64,000 nucleotides of DNA, from assembly GCF_006345805.1 (NCBI RefSeq), contig NC_043009.1, positions 35,340,001-35,404,000 on the forward strand. Direction: 5' to 3'. Below, piece by piece: positions 50,540 through 64,000 of the stretch (within the stretch, counting starts at the first letter, position 1; every line of letters begins with the position of its first letter). The position numbers were made by a program, and so were the translations under genes. The notes under the pieces were generated by a model, which was given only the letters and a program-made list of their open reading frames with translations, searched no databases and was not told the origin of the DNA. Source of the stretch: Octopus sinensis (taxonomy: Eukaryota).

Positions 50540-51060
50540 AATTCAACAGAAATATGTAGTTCAGAAAGTCTTGCCAATGCAAGAGCTTTTATGCCAGATT
50601 ATATTCCAGAGTTCTTGAAGAGTTGTCAAATATGTACAAGAATCTTTCCTTGGGACTCAAAGAACCTGGGAAAATATTGCAATGAAAACATTACTAACAT
50701 CATCGCCACCTGAAGCAACAAAGGAGAAAAATTTGTTTATTCTAATAGTAGAAAAAACAATTTTGTTCATTGCTGGCAAATTCCTGGACAAAATTCTGCC
50801 TAAAAGGCTAGTACAGTCCGTATTAGACAATCTTACACAATAGTCACATTGTGACTTTTATAGAGACCAGATACGGAGTGAACAGAACCTTTGTTGTTAG
50901 GCAACCCCAGAACAAATGCTGGTAACAACACCATGATCTGTTCATTGCATTAGTATATCTTACAGATGCTTTTGATATAGTAAGCAGAGGATTTCTGTAG
51001 GATGTTGCTGGAAACTTTGCTTTCCCACCCAGATTTGTGAATCTATTATGCTAGTTCCCA
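50540..51060 (+). mobile_element. Degenerate RTE-clade RT fragment
   Basis: FIAGKFLDKILPKRL...SHCDF...FVVRQPQNKC..QHHDLFIALVYLTDAFDIVSR...FPPRFVNL. Confidence 0.65.
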
Positions 51061-52284
51061 AAGAGAGTAAGTACTCATGCTTCGGAATAAGTAATATGAA
51101 GCAAAGAACACACACACTGATTAAGTTGATACCTGTTTAAGGTATAAAAAAACAACCAATCCGGCAACAAAGCGTTACTAAATGTATAATGCAAACCATA
51201 AGGGAACTATATCTATTAAATATAGAATATAAAAATATAAATAAGATAAATTATTTTTCCTAAACTATAAAACAAAAACAAACTAAACTTAACAAATTGA
51301 AGTTACTAGCATAAAATCCAATTAAATATAGTTACAAACATTAAAAATCACCGGGAAAATATAATCAAAAGAATAAGATACCTCCATTAAGAAAATCAGC
51401 CACAGCGAATGGACTGCCGTTACGAAACATATTAATAAATTAATTGTAAGGGAAATAAATAAAAGGAACACTACCAACTAAAAAGTTTTCAAACATAAAT
51501 AAAATGAACTAAACGTACCAAACTAACTCACAACATGAAAAAGTTCTTAAGTGGTCCCAGTTAATCGCTGTCAACGACAGACGGCTCGTAAGTTTCAACG
51601 GAAATCCTGCAACGGAAAACCGAAGAGCAAGTGACGACGTACACAGTAGGACCTGACGACATGCGAAAAGAAAATAACGTTCCAATATAGGAACTTCAAA
51701 ACGCAATCTGACGAGATACACCCCGTTGCAAAACATCAACACTTAATGTCAACGTAAAGGGAAATTATACTTCTCGAAGATTTACACTTCGGGTGAGGGC
51801 GCTAGTCAATTACAACGACCCCAGTTCTCATCTAGTACTTATTTTACCAACGCCGAAACGATTGAAGGCAAAGCCCCAATTATCGGAATTTGATATCAGA
51901 ACGTAGAAACGGACGAAATGTGGAGCATATTGTTCGCTGTGACCGTGCCTTAAATTTTCTTAATATATTAGCATGTCATTCCTGGCCGCAAAAGTTTTGA
52001 TCAAGTTTCTTCAGGCATCTCTGCCCCTTTCCTCCATACGCTTCGCCAATGGCTTAAATTTATTTCTGAATAAATCTGCAGAATTTGGTATTCTGCCATA
52101 CTTTATAACCTGATTGGAGAGAGCGTTATGCTTATTTTTAATGCAATTCGACTCATTGCTCAGGGCATAGATGCAAAATGAAAATCGAAGATATAAGTTT
52201 TATTATAAACATCGGATACATTTTTGTTACACACACATAATTCAATCAAATATATTCGAGTTGAATAAAATACACACACACATG

Positions 52285-52355
<71 letters not shown>

Positions 52356-52360
<5 letters not shown>

Positions 52361-52579
52361 TACGTATGTGTGGGCGCATGTATGTGCAATGAATGTTGTA
52401 TGTATGTATGTATGTATGTATGTATTTGTAAATTTATTAAATACACTTGTATATTTTAATATAGTGTTCATTAGCGATATTTCCTAACCATTAGGTAGGT
52501 AGCAAATGAGGAAATGAGATGAAAGCAACACTCCCATGTTCATATATAAATATATGTGTGTGTGTATATATATATATAT

Positions 52580-52648
<69 letters not shown>

Positions 52649-52885
52649 GTGTGTGTGTGTGTGAGTACGTATGTGTGGGCGCATGTATGTGCAATGAATG
52701 TTGTATGTATGTATGTATGTATGTATTTGTAAATTATTAAATACACTTGTATATTTTAATATAGTGTTCATTAGCGATATTTCCTAACCATTAGGTAGGT
52801 AGCAAATGAGGAAATGAGATGAAAGCAACACTCCCATGTGCATATATAAATATATGTGTGTGTGTGTGTGTGTATATATATATGT

Positions 52886-52923
<38 letters not shown>

Positions 52924-53116
52924 GCACATTGTACGTGCATGGGAGTGTTGTTTTCATTTCATTTCCTCATTTTACTACCTACTTATCGGTTAGGAAATAT
53001 CGCTAACGAACACTATATTAAAATATACAAGTGTATTTAATAAATTTACAAAAATACATACATACGTACATACATTCGACATTCATTGCACATATATGCG
53101 CCCACACATACGTACA
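52356..53116. repeat. Local tandem duplication (period ~305 bp) followed by a more diverged inverted third copy
   Basis: Unique block GAGTACGTATG...CACTCCCATG at 52358-52538 and 52663-52838; reverse complement at 52937-53116. Confidence 0.9.
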
Positions 53117-53830
53117 CACACACATATATACCTTCAAATACACACGCGTGCGCACACACACAGACTCCTACACACACAATCACATACACATAAACAAATG
53201 TAAAAATAAGCACCAAGAAAATAACCCTGCAATAAATATTTTAAATTACTCTTCAGAACATGCCGGATTTTTTATTTGATAATTAAATAGCAATATCAAT
53301 CTTCACTGATCATTTTACCCCTTCTCTCTCGCTCACTCTCAGTCTCTCTCACTCTCGCCCACTCTCAGTCTCTCTCTCTCTCTCTCACACTTTCTCTCTC
53401 TCTCTCTCTCTCTCTCTCTGTCAATCTATCTCACTCATTCTCACTCTCTCCCTCACCCTACATGTGGATCTAGTGAGCGTTAGAATTAGTTTAGAATCAT
53501 CAGTTAGCATCACTGTCTTTCTCAATAACAATCTCAGAAGGACGTTCATAGAGTAAAAGTAGAATGTGAAGCCCCTAAATAACATCTCGTTCCTGTTTCC
53601 TCTCCCCACTTCCCAGAATATTTTGGGAGGTGGACACGATCCGCTTTTTATCTCCTTAATCCAGTCAATGAAATTATCTGGTATCAAAGAGCTGCGTCTA
53701 GGGGCGAAGACTAACATCACAAAAGCTAAGGTCCTAGAGGCAATTATGAGCTGAAATGTGGCAAGACTGATGCTTAGTCTGAAATTCGGCCTGGGATAGT
53801 AAATTCCTTCAATAAAGAGGGTATTCTCTG

Positions 53831-54700
53831 TACGAGGGTGGGATGAAAAGTTCATTGACTAACTATGAAAGAATGATAGAAGAGTTATGAAATATTGAAT
53901 GCATTAATTCAACTTCTTTTCTCAATAATTTAACTTCTTTTCTTAATTGTTACTTTACAGGTAAACTGATACCTGACTGTTCAAAAAAGACTTCAAATGT
54001 AACTCGTAGCGACTTCTCTTGTTAATAGGCAAAATTTCGCATCGTAGTGTTATCAAGTACCTACATAAAAAGGTTTTAGCCCTCCAACGACATTCATGAT
54101 CATATAATTGCCATATTAGGGGATGATGATGCAGCTTTATCAATACTGCAAAAGTGGGAAGCTTAATTTAGAAGACAGGAGCTCCTTTAAGAACATCCAA
54201 GATACGGACTTCCTGAACCCGCTACCACCGAGAAAGACCTTGATCGTGTTCGCCACATACTGATGGATAACCATTACTATTAGCATGTCCTATACGAGAG
54301 TAGCGAATATTCTGCACAATGAACTTTTCACTACGGTAGGTACCACGTCTTTTGATACTTGATCAGAAGTGTACGAGGCTGATCACATCACGAGAAAATC
54401 TGATATCTTTTCAGTAAATTTAGCTGGTTTCTTTCAACGGTTCCTATCCCAGGATGAGAGATGGGTTCATCACTTTGAGCCAGAGACAGAGACAATCCAT
54501 ACAGAGTAAACACTACCAAAGACTTTACATCTCCAGGGAAGGTGCTAGCTCCAATTTTAGGGATACAAAAGGCATATATTAACTATATTTAAAAGAGCCA
54601 CGCAATCAACGGAGATGCTACATAACCAGACTCTACAGCAAGTCTTCTTCAAGAAATCGTACAAAAACTGCCAAGTGGTATGCACTTGTTTTGCAGGCAA
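53831..54700 (+). mobile_element. Degenerate mariner transposon (left TIR + transposase remnants)
   Basis: TIR-like TACGAGGGTGGGATGAAAAGTTC at 53831; HRSVIKYLHKKG; VPRLLILDQKCTR; FLSQDERWVHHFEPET. Confidence 0.75.
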
Positions 54701-54704
54701 TGAA

Positions 54705-55040
54705 AAGGCATATTACCTCGTGTTGTGGAAGTTGTGTGGAGAGTGTTTCAGGAGTTTGAGATTAATGCACAATTTTTAGTTGCCGTGAATTCCCTAAACA
54801 AATTCCCAGTTGTTTGCCTTCGAGTAAATGATGCTAGATCGAAACCTTTCTACGTAAATTTTGGACATCGACAGGGGTACGTATTTTTAACACATATCTT
54901 CCTAATTTTTATTCATCGTTGTGGAAGTGATATCACAATCGGTGGTTGTAGAATCGGCTGATATTTGCAGAAAATACGGTGCTACATGGCTCATCAGAAG
55001 ATAATCTCCAGCAAGCACTGAATGGATTCGCTGCCAATCC
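54705..55040 (+). mobile_element. Degenerate RTE-clade RT fragment
   Basis: VVWRVFQEFEI...CLRVNDARSKPFYVNFGHRQGYV...IFAENTVL..SEDNLQQAL. Confidence 0.65.
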
Positions 55041-55269
55041 CACAAGGTAAGGATAGGAATGACGTTATATGTCTTTTAGGGAAAATGACCTCTACATCTA
55101 GCAAGTGAAGCGATGAGTAGAGGTTTGATGACGAGTGATGCGAATGAGAAGAGATATGAGTGAGTACAGAAAAAAAAACAATGGCAATTATAATTAAGAT
55201 TAAAACGAATGAAATAAGATAAACTAATTACTTACGGAAAGAAAGCAGGAGACAGTAGAAACAGACAGT

Positions 55270-55450
55270 TAGACAGGAAGAAAGAAAGAAAGAAAGAAAG
55301 AAAGGAAAGAAAAGACAAAGAGAGGAGAAGGAGAGAAAGAATGAAAAGCAGGAAGAATAAAAGGAAAGGAAAAGAAAAAAAGAGAAAGAATGAAAAGAAA
55401 AGGGGAAGAAAAAGGAGAAGTGAAAGAAAGAAAGAAAGAGAAAAGGAAAT
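55270..55450. repeat. (GAAA)n/GA-rich low-complexity tract
   Basis: Directly visible. Confidence 0.9.
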
Positions 55451-55978
55451 GAGAATGCTTTGAAGAATATAGTTTTTCCCTAGAATTTCTCTGAAAAGCA
55501 AAGATATGACCACAGTTGAAGCATATTATATTATTAGTGTGTCCAATAATGGTTGGAGAGCAAAAACATAAAGAGCGAACAAGGAAGCGTCAATATCACA
55601 GTTCAACCTGCCAGTAATAGCAGTCAATTTTCTCAATCATACATTGACCACTGGAATTTACACGTTGGATAATTTAGTACTTGTGGGTTACAGCTGGAAG
55701 ATCTTTGCAAAAAAAAATATTCCCAGTCATGATACAACAGGGGGTTACGCGCCGCCAAAAGCAACAACAACTACGACAACAAGAGCAATAACTTATTTCA
55801 TTGCATATATGTCTTCAGCGAGCCTTTGATCACTACATTGATCTTATGCGGTTAAATGCGTAAACAAAATAAAATGTAGACCCACAAGAAGAATGAAGCC
55901 ACAGCTATCTGTATGTTTGAGCACATGTTTATATCGTAATTAATGCCAGCTTATATACATTCATATAAACACATACCC

Positions 55979-56016
<38 letters not shown>

Positions 56017-58420
56017 TTGCATACATATATACATACATACACACATACGTATATTTATGCCTTTATATATACATACGCAAATATATACAGACCTAAAGAT
56101 ACAAATGTATGATTAACAGCTAAGCAATAAACCTAGAAGCAGCTTCAAAGCTTCCAACTAGTTGTTACTTGAAACATTAAATTTTCTGCTTGTTTTATTA
56201 TTCTTTATGTCGTACCGTCAGAATCCTAAATCCACAAGCTTATGAACAAAATAACACTTTTAATAATTCACGCATAATTCACACAAGTTTACATATTTAC
56301 ATCTATGAATCATAGATTTTAATTTTAACGGAGAATAAAGGTATGTCTGATGTTCAGCACATTTATCGCGAAAAAGTTTAGTAGATTTGTTACTTGACAT
56401 TCAAAGTATGAAGATATGAATAATTACATGACTAACTGTAAACACAGAAAATTGTATCAATTAATGGCTTTGCTGATAGGTAATGAGATGAATCATTAAA
56501 TAAATGCCAACAATATAGTGGCATTTATTACCATAAGGAACTCTCATATATTTTATGCTTATATTTATTTTTTATCATTTTCACAACAGCCATTTGTAAC
56601 TAACTTCTAGGTGCTACAATTTATAGCTCTGATTTAAGAGATGATATCAAATGCAAATTGAATTAATCTTTGATGCACACATTTACACACACATGCACAC
56701 ATTGATTAAAGATTCGTTAAGGGTCGATTACATCCCTCTCTACTTTCCCAAGTCCAAAAGTTCTCATTAATAATATAAGCTATTTGTCACAAGAGTAACG
56801 AAATTAATTTACATAATGTCACATTGCTGCCATTCAGGAATTAATGGTAAAAGTATCAATAAAGTGTGGTTATCAATAAATACGTCTACACATATCACAT
56901 ACGGTTTAATAAAGAGGTGCAGGCTTACTGTCATGGCTAAGGTGGTATCGAGTTCAGTTCCATTGCCTGGCACTTACGGGGAGTGTCTTTTGCTGTTATT
57001 CCCAACCACCATACTTTTTGAATGAACTTGGTAGACGGAATTCGACCCCTCTTCGTATTGAAGATGTATGTGTTTAATTTACATGACCACTGAAAGGTGG
57101 AGGACATTGATGATGAGGGAATCCATTAGAGACTAGAACTAAACTGATAATGAAAATCAAAATTGACGAGGTAAAATAGCTCTAGTCACGAGTGACAGAT
57201 AGTAGCTTCAAATGCAATCACTTCAACAGGGAATATCATTGAAGTGTAAGTTTCTGCAGCCGTAGCAGACGTGATGGTGTTAAAAATACCGAAACAAGAT
57301 GTTCTATGGCTTGGGAGACTAACGGATGCTTCTGTGTGAGTATGTATGTATGTGTGCGTGTGTATGTGTGTGTGTGTGTCAGTGGCTAAATTTGTAGCTG
57401 TGTATGCGCGCCTTTTTTACCTATCACTACTCGAGAACCGCAGTAGGTTTGTTTACGTCCCTGTAATGAAATACTTCGAATAAAAGACACTGATGAAAAT
57501 AAGTACCAAATTTATAATTAAGTACTAAGGCTGATTTGAGTGCATTAATTCTTGAAGGTGAAGCTCTAGTATGGTTATAGTTAAATGGCTGGAAAGAGTA
57601 AAAGAATATATTTAGCTTCAACAGCTAAAATCGAAGAACACTCGACTAGTTTCGACTCTTATTAAAGAGTCGATATTGATCGACTACCTAACCTAACAGT
57701 TGCAGTTATGTATACACAATGAAAAATATTGCGTGTATGTGTATGTGTGTGTGTGTGAGAGAGGGGTGGAGAGTGAAACGAGAGAAGTGAAAGAGAACAT
57801 AAATTGGCAAAACCGTAAGCGTATGAGAGTATTTGTGAACATGTACTTGGTATTCCGTTTCGTTACTGTCCATAATGCTGAACACCATCACCTGTTGCGA
57901 AATACAGATAACGATAAATAAATTGCATCTACCTAACTCTAATGAATTATTCATTGACACTATGGTATTCCTTACTGAGACTAATTTGAACACAAATTAA
58001 TAATGTGTTTTCCTTTGAGGTACGCCAGTAGCTTTTAACACATACTAATTATATGCGCTTTGGTCGCAGTACCATGAACGATTCTTCGCTAATTATTCTT
58101 TTGGGACTTAGTTTATTTTGTACTAAGTATTTTGTCGTACGGGGTAAATAGATATCCTCTAAGGATTATGGAAAGTTGTAAATAGTCGGTGATGTTTAGC
58201 TTAAAGTCTCTCACTGTTCGTTAAGTTCTGAACTATGACGCTCTTATTTTATTTACCAACCACACACATAGACATACACACACATACACACAGATAGTAC
58301 TAGGAAGAATTTTCAAAATAGCTGTCATCCTGAGAATACTATGTGATTAAATAAATACATCATATTTTTCTCTTGTACCTTCATGACCTTCAAAGAGTAT
58401 CTGTTTGTGTGTGCATATAT

Positions 58421-58527
<107 letters not shown>

Positions 58528-59394
58528 TATTATGTTTTCGCAGTTTCTGTCTATCTTGCCCTTCTCTGTGTAACTTTTGAAATATATATATAAATGCATG
58601 CATGGTTTGACAGGTACATGGGTAGAAAATAAGGACGTTTCTGTCTGGCCGCCAAGTTTCAATCTCTTCAAATACTGCTCGAATTGATTTCCTATTCGGT
58701 GTAAGGATATAGTTTTATGTGCTAATCACTGCTTTGAAATTCATTTTCGCTATAAATCAATAACTAAATAGTTATTAGCTTTTAAAGCGTGCATATTCTG
58801 GGTAATTTTAGCCAATTATAATCCACCAACCCATTCATGCCTACTTCCATAGTAACATGTCAAACATGAGAATTCTTTTGTCAGCGAGATAGAACATGAT
58901 GACAAATATATTCTACGCGAAAGCATGTGCGTTGAAGCTGCAAGTGCCTAACTCTTTCATATACACTGGTCGAGAGATGTGCTAAAAATAACAGCTAAAG
59001 AAGCCTTAAATCTCGCACCCGAAATCTTTTTTTTTTTTGTCCTATTTTTGCATGATCGTATTAATTTCCGAGTGTAGAATACAAATTCGCAAATATTTTC
59101 TGAAAATTCAAAAAAAAAAAAAACGTATTATGAGTGGTTATACGTCGTGCGTAAAACAGAAGTTGATTTATTAAAACATGTCACGCAAAAAATGACAGCT
59201 TCCAAATCCAGTTTTTCAGACTGGGTGAAAATTATCAAACTTTAAACCTGTTTAATTTATTTAAACATTTTTCTAAAAAATAAAATCTCCAAAGATTCAT
59301 CCTGGAAAACTACATTATTGTATAATTTTAAAATTTTCAATAAATATTGAATTTTCGAACATGGGCAGCCAAACTGAAAAGTTCCAGAAATAGA

Positions 59395-59532
59395 TAGACA
59401 GGCAGATAGTGAGACAGATACGTAAAGTGAGTGAGTACCAGAGAGAGGAGAGAGGAGTGATGCACAGTCAAAAAGTCAGACGAACAGTCAGAGAAACAGA
59501 CAGGCAGACAGACAGATAGGTAGACAGACATT

Positions 59533-59607
<75 letters not shown>

Positions 59608-59642
59608 GCAGACAGACAGACAGATAGATAGATAGATTGATT

Positions 59643-59719
<77 letters not shown>

Positions 59720-59760
59720 CACGGGCTGATAGACAGACGGAAAGAAAGGCAGGCAGAGAA
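59395..59760. repeat. (GATA)n/(GACA)n microsatellite
   Basis: Directly visible. Confidence 0.95.
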
Positions 59761-61304
59761 CCGCTCTGTCTAATAACACACAAACGCATGAAGCTGCACC
59801 TTAGTTTAACAGTGAAAGCATAGATGCTCTACACATAAATGGAAGAAAATATCGAGGAACTTAGCATATACCTATACGTTCATAGTTATGTTAAAATAAC
59901 CCGTCTGATCATTTACAGGATTCTGCAACTTTTGACCATCTTCAGTTGGTGTAGAAATAAGATGGGTTCGCGGCTTGACTCTTTATCATAACTATTAATC
60001 GACAGTAGCAAATGGATGTAAAACGACTAGCTACCAAACGTTCAGAGAGCGAGTCTATTTATATATAATGTAAAAGAGAAAAATAATTTCTAGCACTTTG
60101 GAGCGATTTATGCGGAATCAAGAAACACAAAACCCTTACTAGGCACAATTTAATTTGGCTTATTAAGATATTTATTGAACATGGAGAGCTACGATTTATA
60201 CAGACGTGAAATAAAGTATAGAGAGATTGTCCGTTTCCTTGCGTTATGTATACAATTAAATGGCAGACTTTCAGGCAATTTTCTGGAACACAATTTCGGA
60301 AACAACGCTTGTGTCACCCACGGCCATGCTAGAAGGTTTTTGCCATACAATGTGAGCGAAGTCAGTTGCTCATTTACACAGCGTGTATATTCAGATAAGT
60401 ATGCATACATACATATCTACCTCCATACACACACAGACATGCACGCGCACACATACATACATACATACAATGGCGACCGTTGTGGTCAATCTGATACTTG
60501 GACTTGTGTAATTACTGCTCCTATGAAGGCTACATAGCAAATATTGGAAAAGATGAGCTACAAAGTGCAGTGAGATTAAATACAAATATTTCGACATAAG
60601 TGCTTTAAACATTACATATATCGATATAAACGCTACATACATCTTAACATTTATATAAACAAAGCTCTGTAACCAAGTCACGTTTCAAAACAATTCACAC
60701 AAAAAAAAAAATAACCTACTGACTATACATGTTTAAGTAAAACTGTAGAATAAAAGATTTGAAAGGAAAGATAACTAAGCCATGAGCAACTCTAAATCTA
60801 TTTCTGATAAAACCTTGTCTAAACTTATAAAGAAGATCATTGTCTATTTTGAAAAACAAATGCAAATACCAGTGAAGAAACATAATAATCGTGGCTAAGC
60901 ATATAAGTTTCTGACCAGATCGTAATAATTACTGTATACAATGAACCTACGAACTTAATATATAAAATTCCGTTAATGCAGAGGTTAACAAATTTGTGGG
61001 ACCTCAAACACTGGAAATAAGACTTTTCCCCAGAAAGTTCAGTTTTATGTAAAGGCTCACAAAGTTGTGTTACCTCAAACACTCAAAATTAGATTTGTTC
61101 CAAAAACATTTAAGTTATCAAAGAAAACTATCATTAAATGTAAACTGATACATCTAACGAAAACGTTGAGTTCATAGCAGGGTGATACTATAAAACCAGC
61201 CATTGAAGATAATCATTCTACTTCCATAGATTGACAGACAGAATGGTCGTCTAAATCTAGCAATAAGCAACACACCAACAATTTAACTGAAATCCATACG
61301 TATA

Positions 61305-61492
61305 CTGTTTTACTTGTTTCAGTCATTTGACTGTGGCCATGCTGGATCACCGCCTCTAGTCGAACAAATCGACCCTTGGACTTATTCTTTGTAAGCCTAG
61401 CACTTATTCTATCGGTCTCTTTTGCCGAACCGCTAAGTTACGGGGACATAAGCATACCACCATCGACTGTCAAGCGATGTTGGGGGGATAAA
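61305..61492 (-). mobile_element. SINE body/3' part; degenerate plus-strand relative at ~57430-57500
   Basis: Minus strand TGTCCCCGTAACTTAGCGGTTCGGCAAAAGAGACCGATAGAATAAGT...GCATGGCCACAGTCAAATGACTGAAACAAGTAAAA; family recognised from memory of mollusc SINEs. Confidence 0.65.
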
Positions 61493-61773
61493 CACACACA
61501 CAAACACACACACACACACACACACACATACACACACACACACACATATATATATATACATATATACGACGCAAAAATCGACGAGTATGGTAAAAGCACA
61601 GCAAAACACAGACGCACTACGTTGTAGTACGACCTCAGCGGACGACGTCGGTAAGAAGAGTGATGCCAGAGGATCGCATCAAGTGACTTCTAGCGGTGGA
61701 GCGTGAACTACAAAGGGCTTGTCCCACAAAAATACAAAGAATGTTTCGTCTTACTTTTGGGTAGCCCCTCGTA

Positions 61774-61811
<38 letters not shown>

Positions 61812-61812
<1 letters not shown>

Positions 61813-62850
61813 TAGCATTATGACCCGTCGTTGCCGGGTCATAGTGCTAGTGCATGTATATATGTGTATATATATATGTGTACATATTACATGTACATCT
61901 ATATATATACATCTACACATAAAATACAAAATACAAAGTTCTATCTTGATATCGCTAGTGATAACAATACTCAAAATATATAACAGACTGGAATTGTAAG
62001 CCCGTCTCTTGCAATTTCAATCAATTGTATCTTGTCCTCCCTCTTTTATAGAAGTGTGGCTACAATCCAGCCTACCTCTACTGCTGGGGGGGGGGGGTTG
62101 AGGGCATTAAAATTTTTTTCCGGAACGTCCTACGTCCCAGATATAAAGGTAAAAATTAAATATTTCCACTTTGCAAGTTCGAGTCGAGTACTCGCTTGCA
62201 TGCTCCGTTGACTCGAACCTTGCTTCTATTGTGGCGAATTTACCGCCTCTGGTTGGATATCTTTCATAGTCGCACCAAGACACTTTTCGATGGTGCTTTC
62301 CTCCAGGTGTTCAAATAATTTTTCTCTACATTGTATACTTTATAGACAATAGTCTTTTCTTTAATTTAATTTTTTATTATCCATCTGGACTATTCCATTT
62401 CTGCACGCTAATTTTATTTTTAATTTATTCCCATTCATGTGAAACCTCTTATTCATGTCCAAGTCATTGATGCAATTTTATACCAATTGCTATTTTTACT
62501 TTTGTTATGTTACGATTATATTATACTTTAGTTTGATTTTAATTATTACATACTACATATAATTCAATTGTTATTATTATTTTTATTGTTAAAGTGAATG
62601 CATCTGACATAAAATAGAGAAATGTTTTTGTTTCACTTTTAACACGTAATACTGAAATAGTGGAGAAGATATGATATTGCTATGGGCTCGCTCTGGGCAA
62701 GAAGTTGAACATTTGTTTTTGCCCATGAAACTACATGTAAGGCATATGTAAAATTTGAATGAAATTGGTTGTGTAGTTCTCAAGTTTTAGGGAAACACAC
62801 AGACAGACAGACAGACACACATTCTCAGTTTTATATATATATATATATAT
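61812..62850 (-). mobile_element. Non-autonomous Helitron, shorter relative of 41409-42973
   Basis: Reverse complement of 41409-41874 plus 42439-42973; 5' (TA)nAAAACTGAGAATG start; 3' hairpin and CTAG at 61812. Confidence 0.85.
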
Positions 62851-63550
62851 AAGTTTATGAACTTGAGTTACAATATTCCTGATGCGAAACCGTGTGTTGA
62901 AAATAGATATTGTATTTCGGAACCGTCATTTTGTTTCTTTTTTTTTTTGGTTGGCTGGATGCAAATAAACACACGAACGATTTCCCCTCGTTTATTACTA
63001 TTCTTCTTTTAAATCATATCCATTGTTCGGAAATCTTCCGTCACACATGTTTGACTTCTTCAGCGACACTGTCCTCGTGTGTGCTCCTGCTCTGCTTAGT
63101 CCATTTTCTTCTTCTATAATGTATATCATAATATGCGCATGCGTTTGCGTCTGTATTTGTGTGTGTATGTATCTGTAAGTCGTTGTTCTTCGTAGCACTA
63201 TGACCCTCCCTTCACGCCAGCCGCTTCACCCGTAGCCGCTGTTGCTGCCCTTGACTCCGACTTTTGATACTGTTCCTGTATCTCTCTGTTTGTGTGTTCG
63301 CCCAAGCTGCTCCCATCGTTATAGCTGCTGTTGCTGTTGATATTGCAATTGTTGCCGTTGTCGGTCGTGTTGCTGATGTTGTTGTAGCCATCTGTGAAGT
63401 TACTGTATGTGTGTTTATGTCCTGTACCCATATATGCCTGTATATATACATATAGATGTAGGTACGTACATATATGTATGTATATATGCATATGTTTATA
63501 TATTATTTATATTATATGATCGAACGCCACGCATCCTTTGCCAAGTAAGT

Positions 63551-63585
<35 letters not shown>

Positions 63586-63616
63586 ATATATATATGTATG
63601 TATGTATATATATATA

Positions 63617-63750
63617 TACGACGGGCTTCTTTCAGTTTCCGTCTACCAAATCCACTCACAAGGCTTTGGTCGACCCGAGGCAACAGTATGAGACATCTGA
63701 CCTAAGGTGCCACACTGTGGAACTGAACCTGAAACCGTATGGTTGGGAAG
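63617..63750 (-). mobile_element. tRNA-derived SINE (31806 family), partial
   Basis: CGACGGGCTTCTTTCAGTTTCCGTCTACCAAATCCACTCACAAGGCTTTGG is the reverse complement of the 31806-family 3' end. Confidence 0.8.
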
Positions 63751-64000
63751 TATATATAGCGTAAGTGCTGTAGTTGGTCGACCATTAGGTTCCAAGATCA
63801 CAGCTAAGGCTGGATCTGGGGATACGTGTTAGGATTCCGTTATATCCTGTATATATTATATGAGAGGAACACTCAAAACGATGGCAAAACGAGTATCTGA
63901 AGTCAATTAATATAATTTAATTTGTGTAAGGTGAATTTGAATTCTTACAGCTGTTTCTGGGATAACTCAAGTTGTTGTTTAGCATGTCCGTGTTCTGAGT

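Noticed and set aside
63198-63491. GC-richer segment with overlapping ORFs (N/S/T/A-rich)
   Set aside because: Built from degenerate GTT/GCT triplet repeats; no convincing splice pair or recognisable protein.

Overview
AT-rich, microsatellite-dense eukaryotic DNA made up mostly of transposable elements. No host protein-coding gene can be called with confidence; there are only two weak candidate exons near 11.7-12.2 kb. The SINE families and the mix of Dong, RTE, Penelope and Helitron elements suggest an octopod cephalopod genome (inference from recalled repeat families, not a search). Contents: a head-to-tail array of R4/Dong non-LTR retrotransposons nested in (AAT)n tracts (1.4-7.2 kb); several mariner and Tigger remnants; a degenerate near-full-length RTE LINE (24.7-27.9 kb) plus RTE fragments; a Helitron helicase fragment and two related non-autonomous Helitrons; a complete 2.9-kb Buster-type hAT transposon with a perfect 8-bp TSD and a transposase carrying two visible ORF-breaking lesions (32757-35653); Penelope-like (PLE) GIY-YIG fragments; and many tRNA-derived SINEs. 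The most interesting signals are RNA-structural. (i) A TSD-bounded 695-bp bipartite RTE derivative begins exactly at a putative HDV-like ribozyme fold (46166-46860). (ii) A 183-bp-arm near-perfect palindrome carries a minimal type I hammerhead ribozyme on each strand (39985-40358). (iii) Two dispersed PLE-derived repeat families carry hammerhead motifs with recurrent non-canonical cores. Most ORFs in the supplied track are microsatellite or antisense artefacts.
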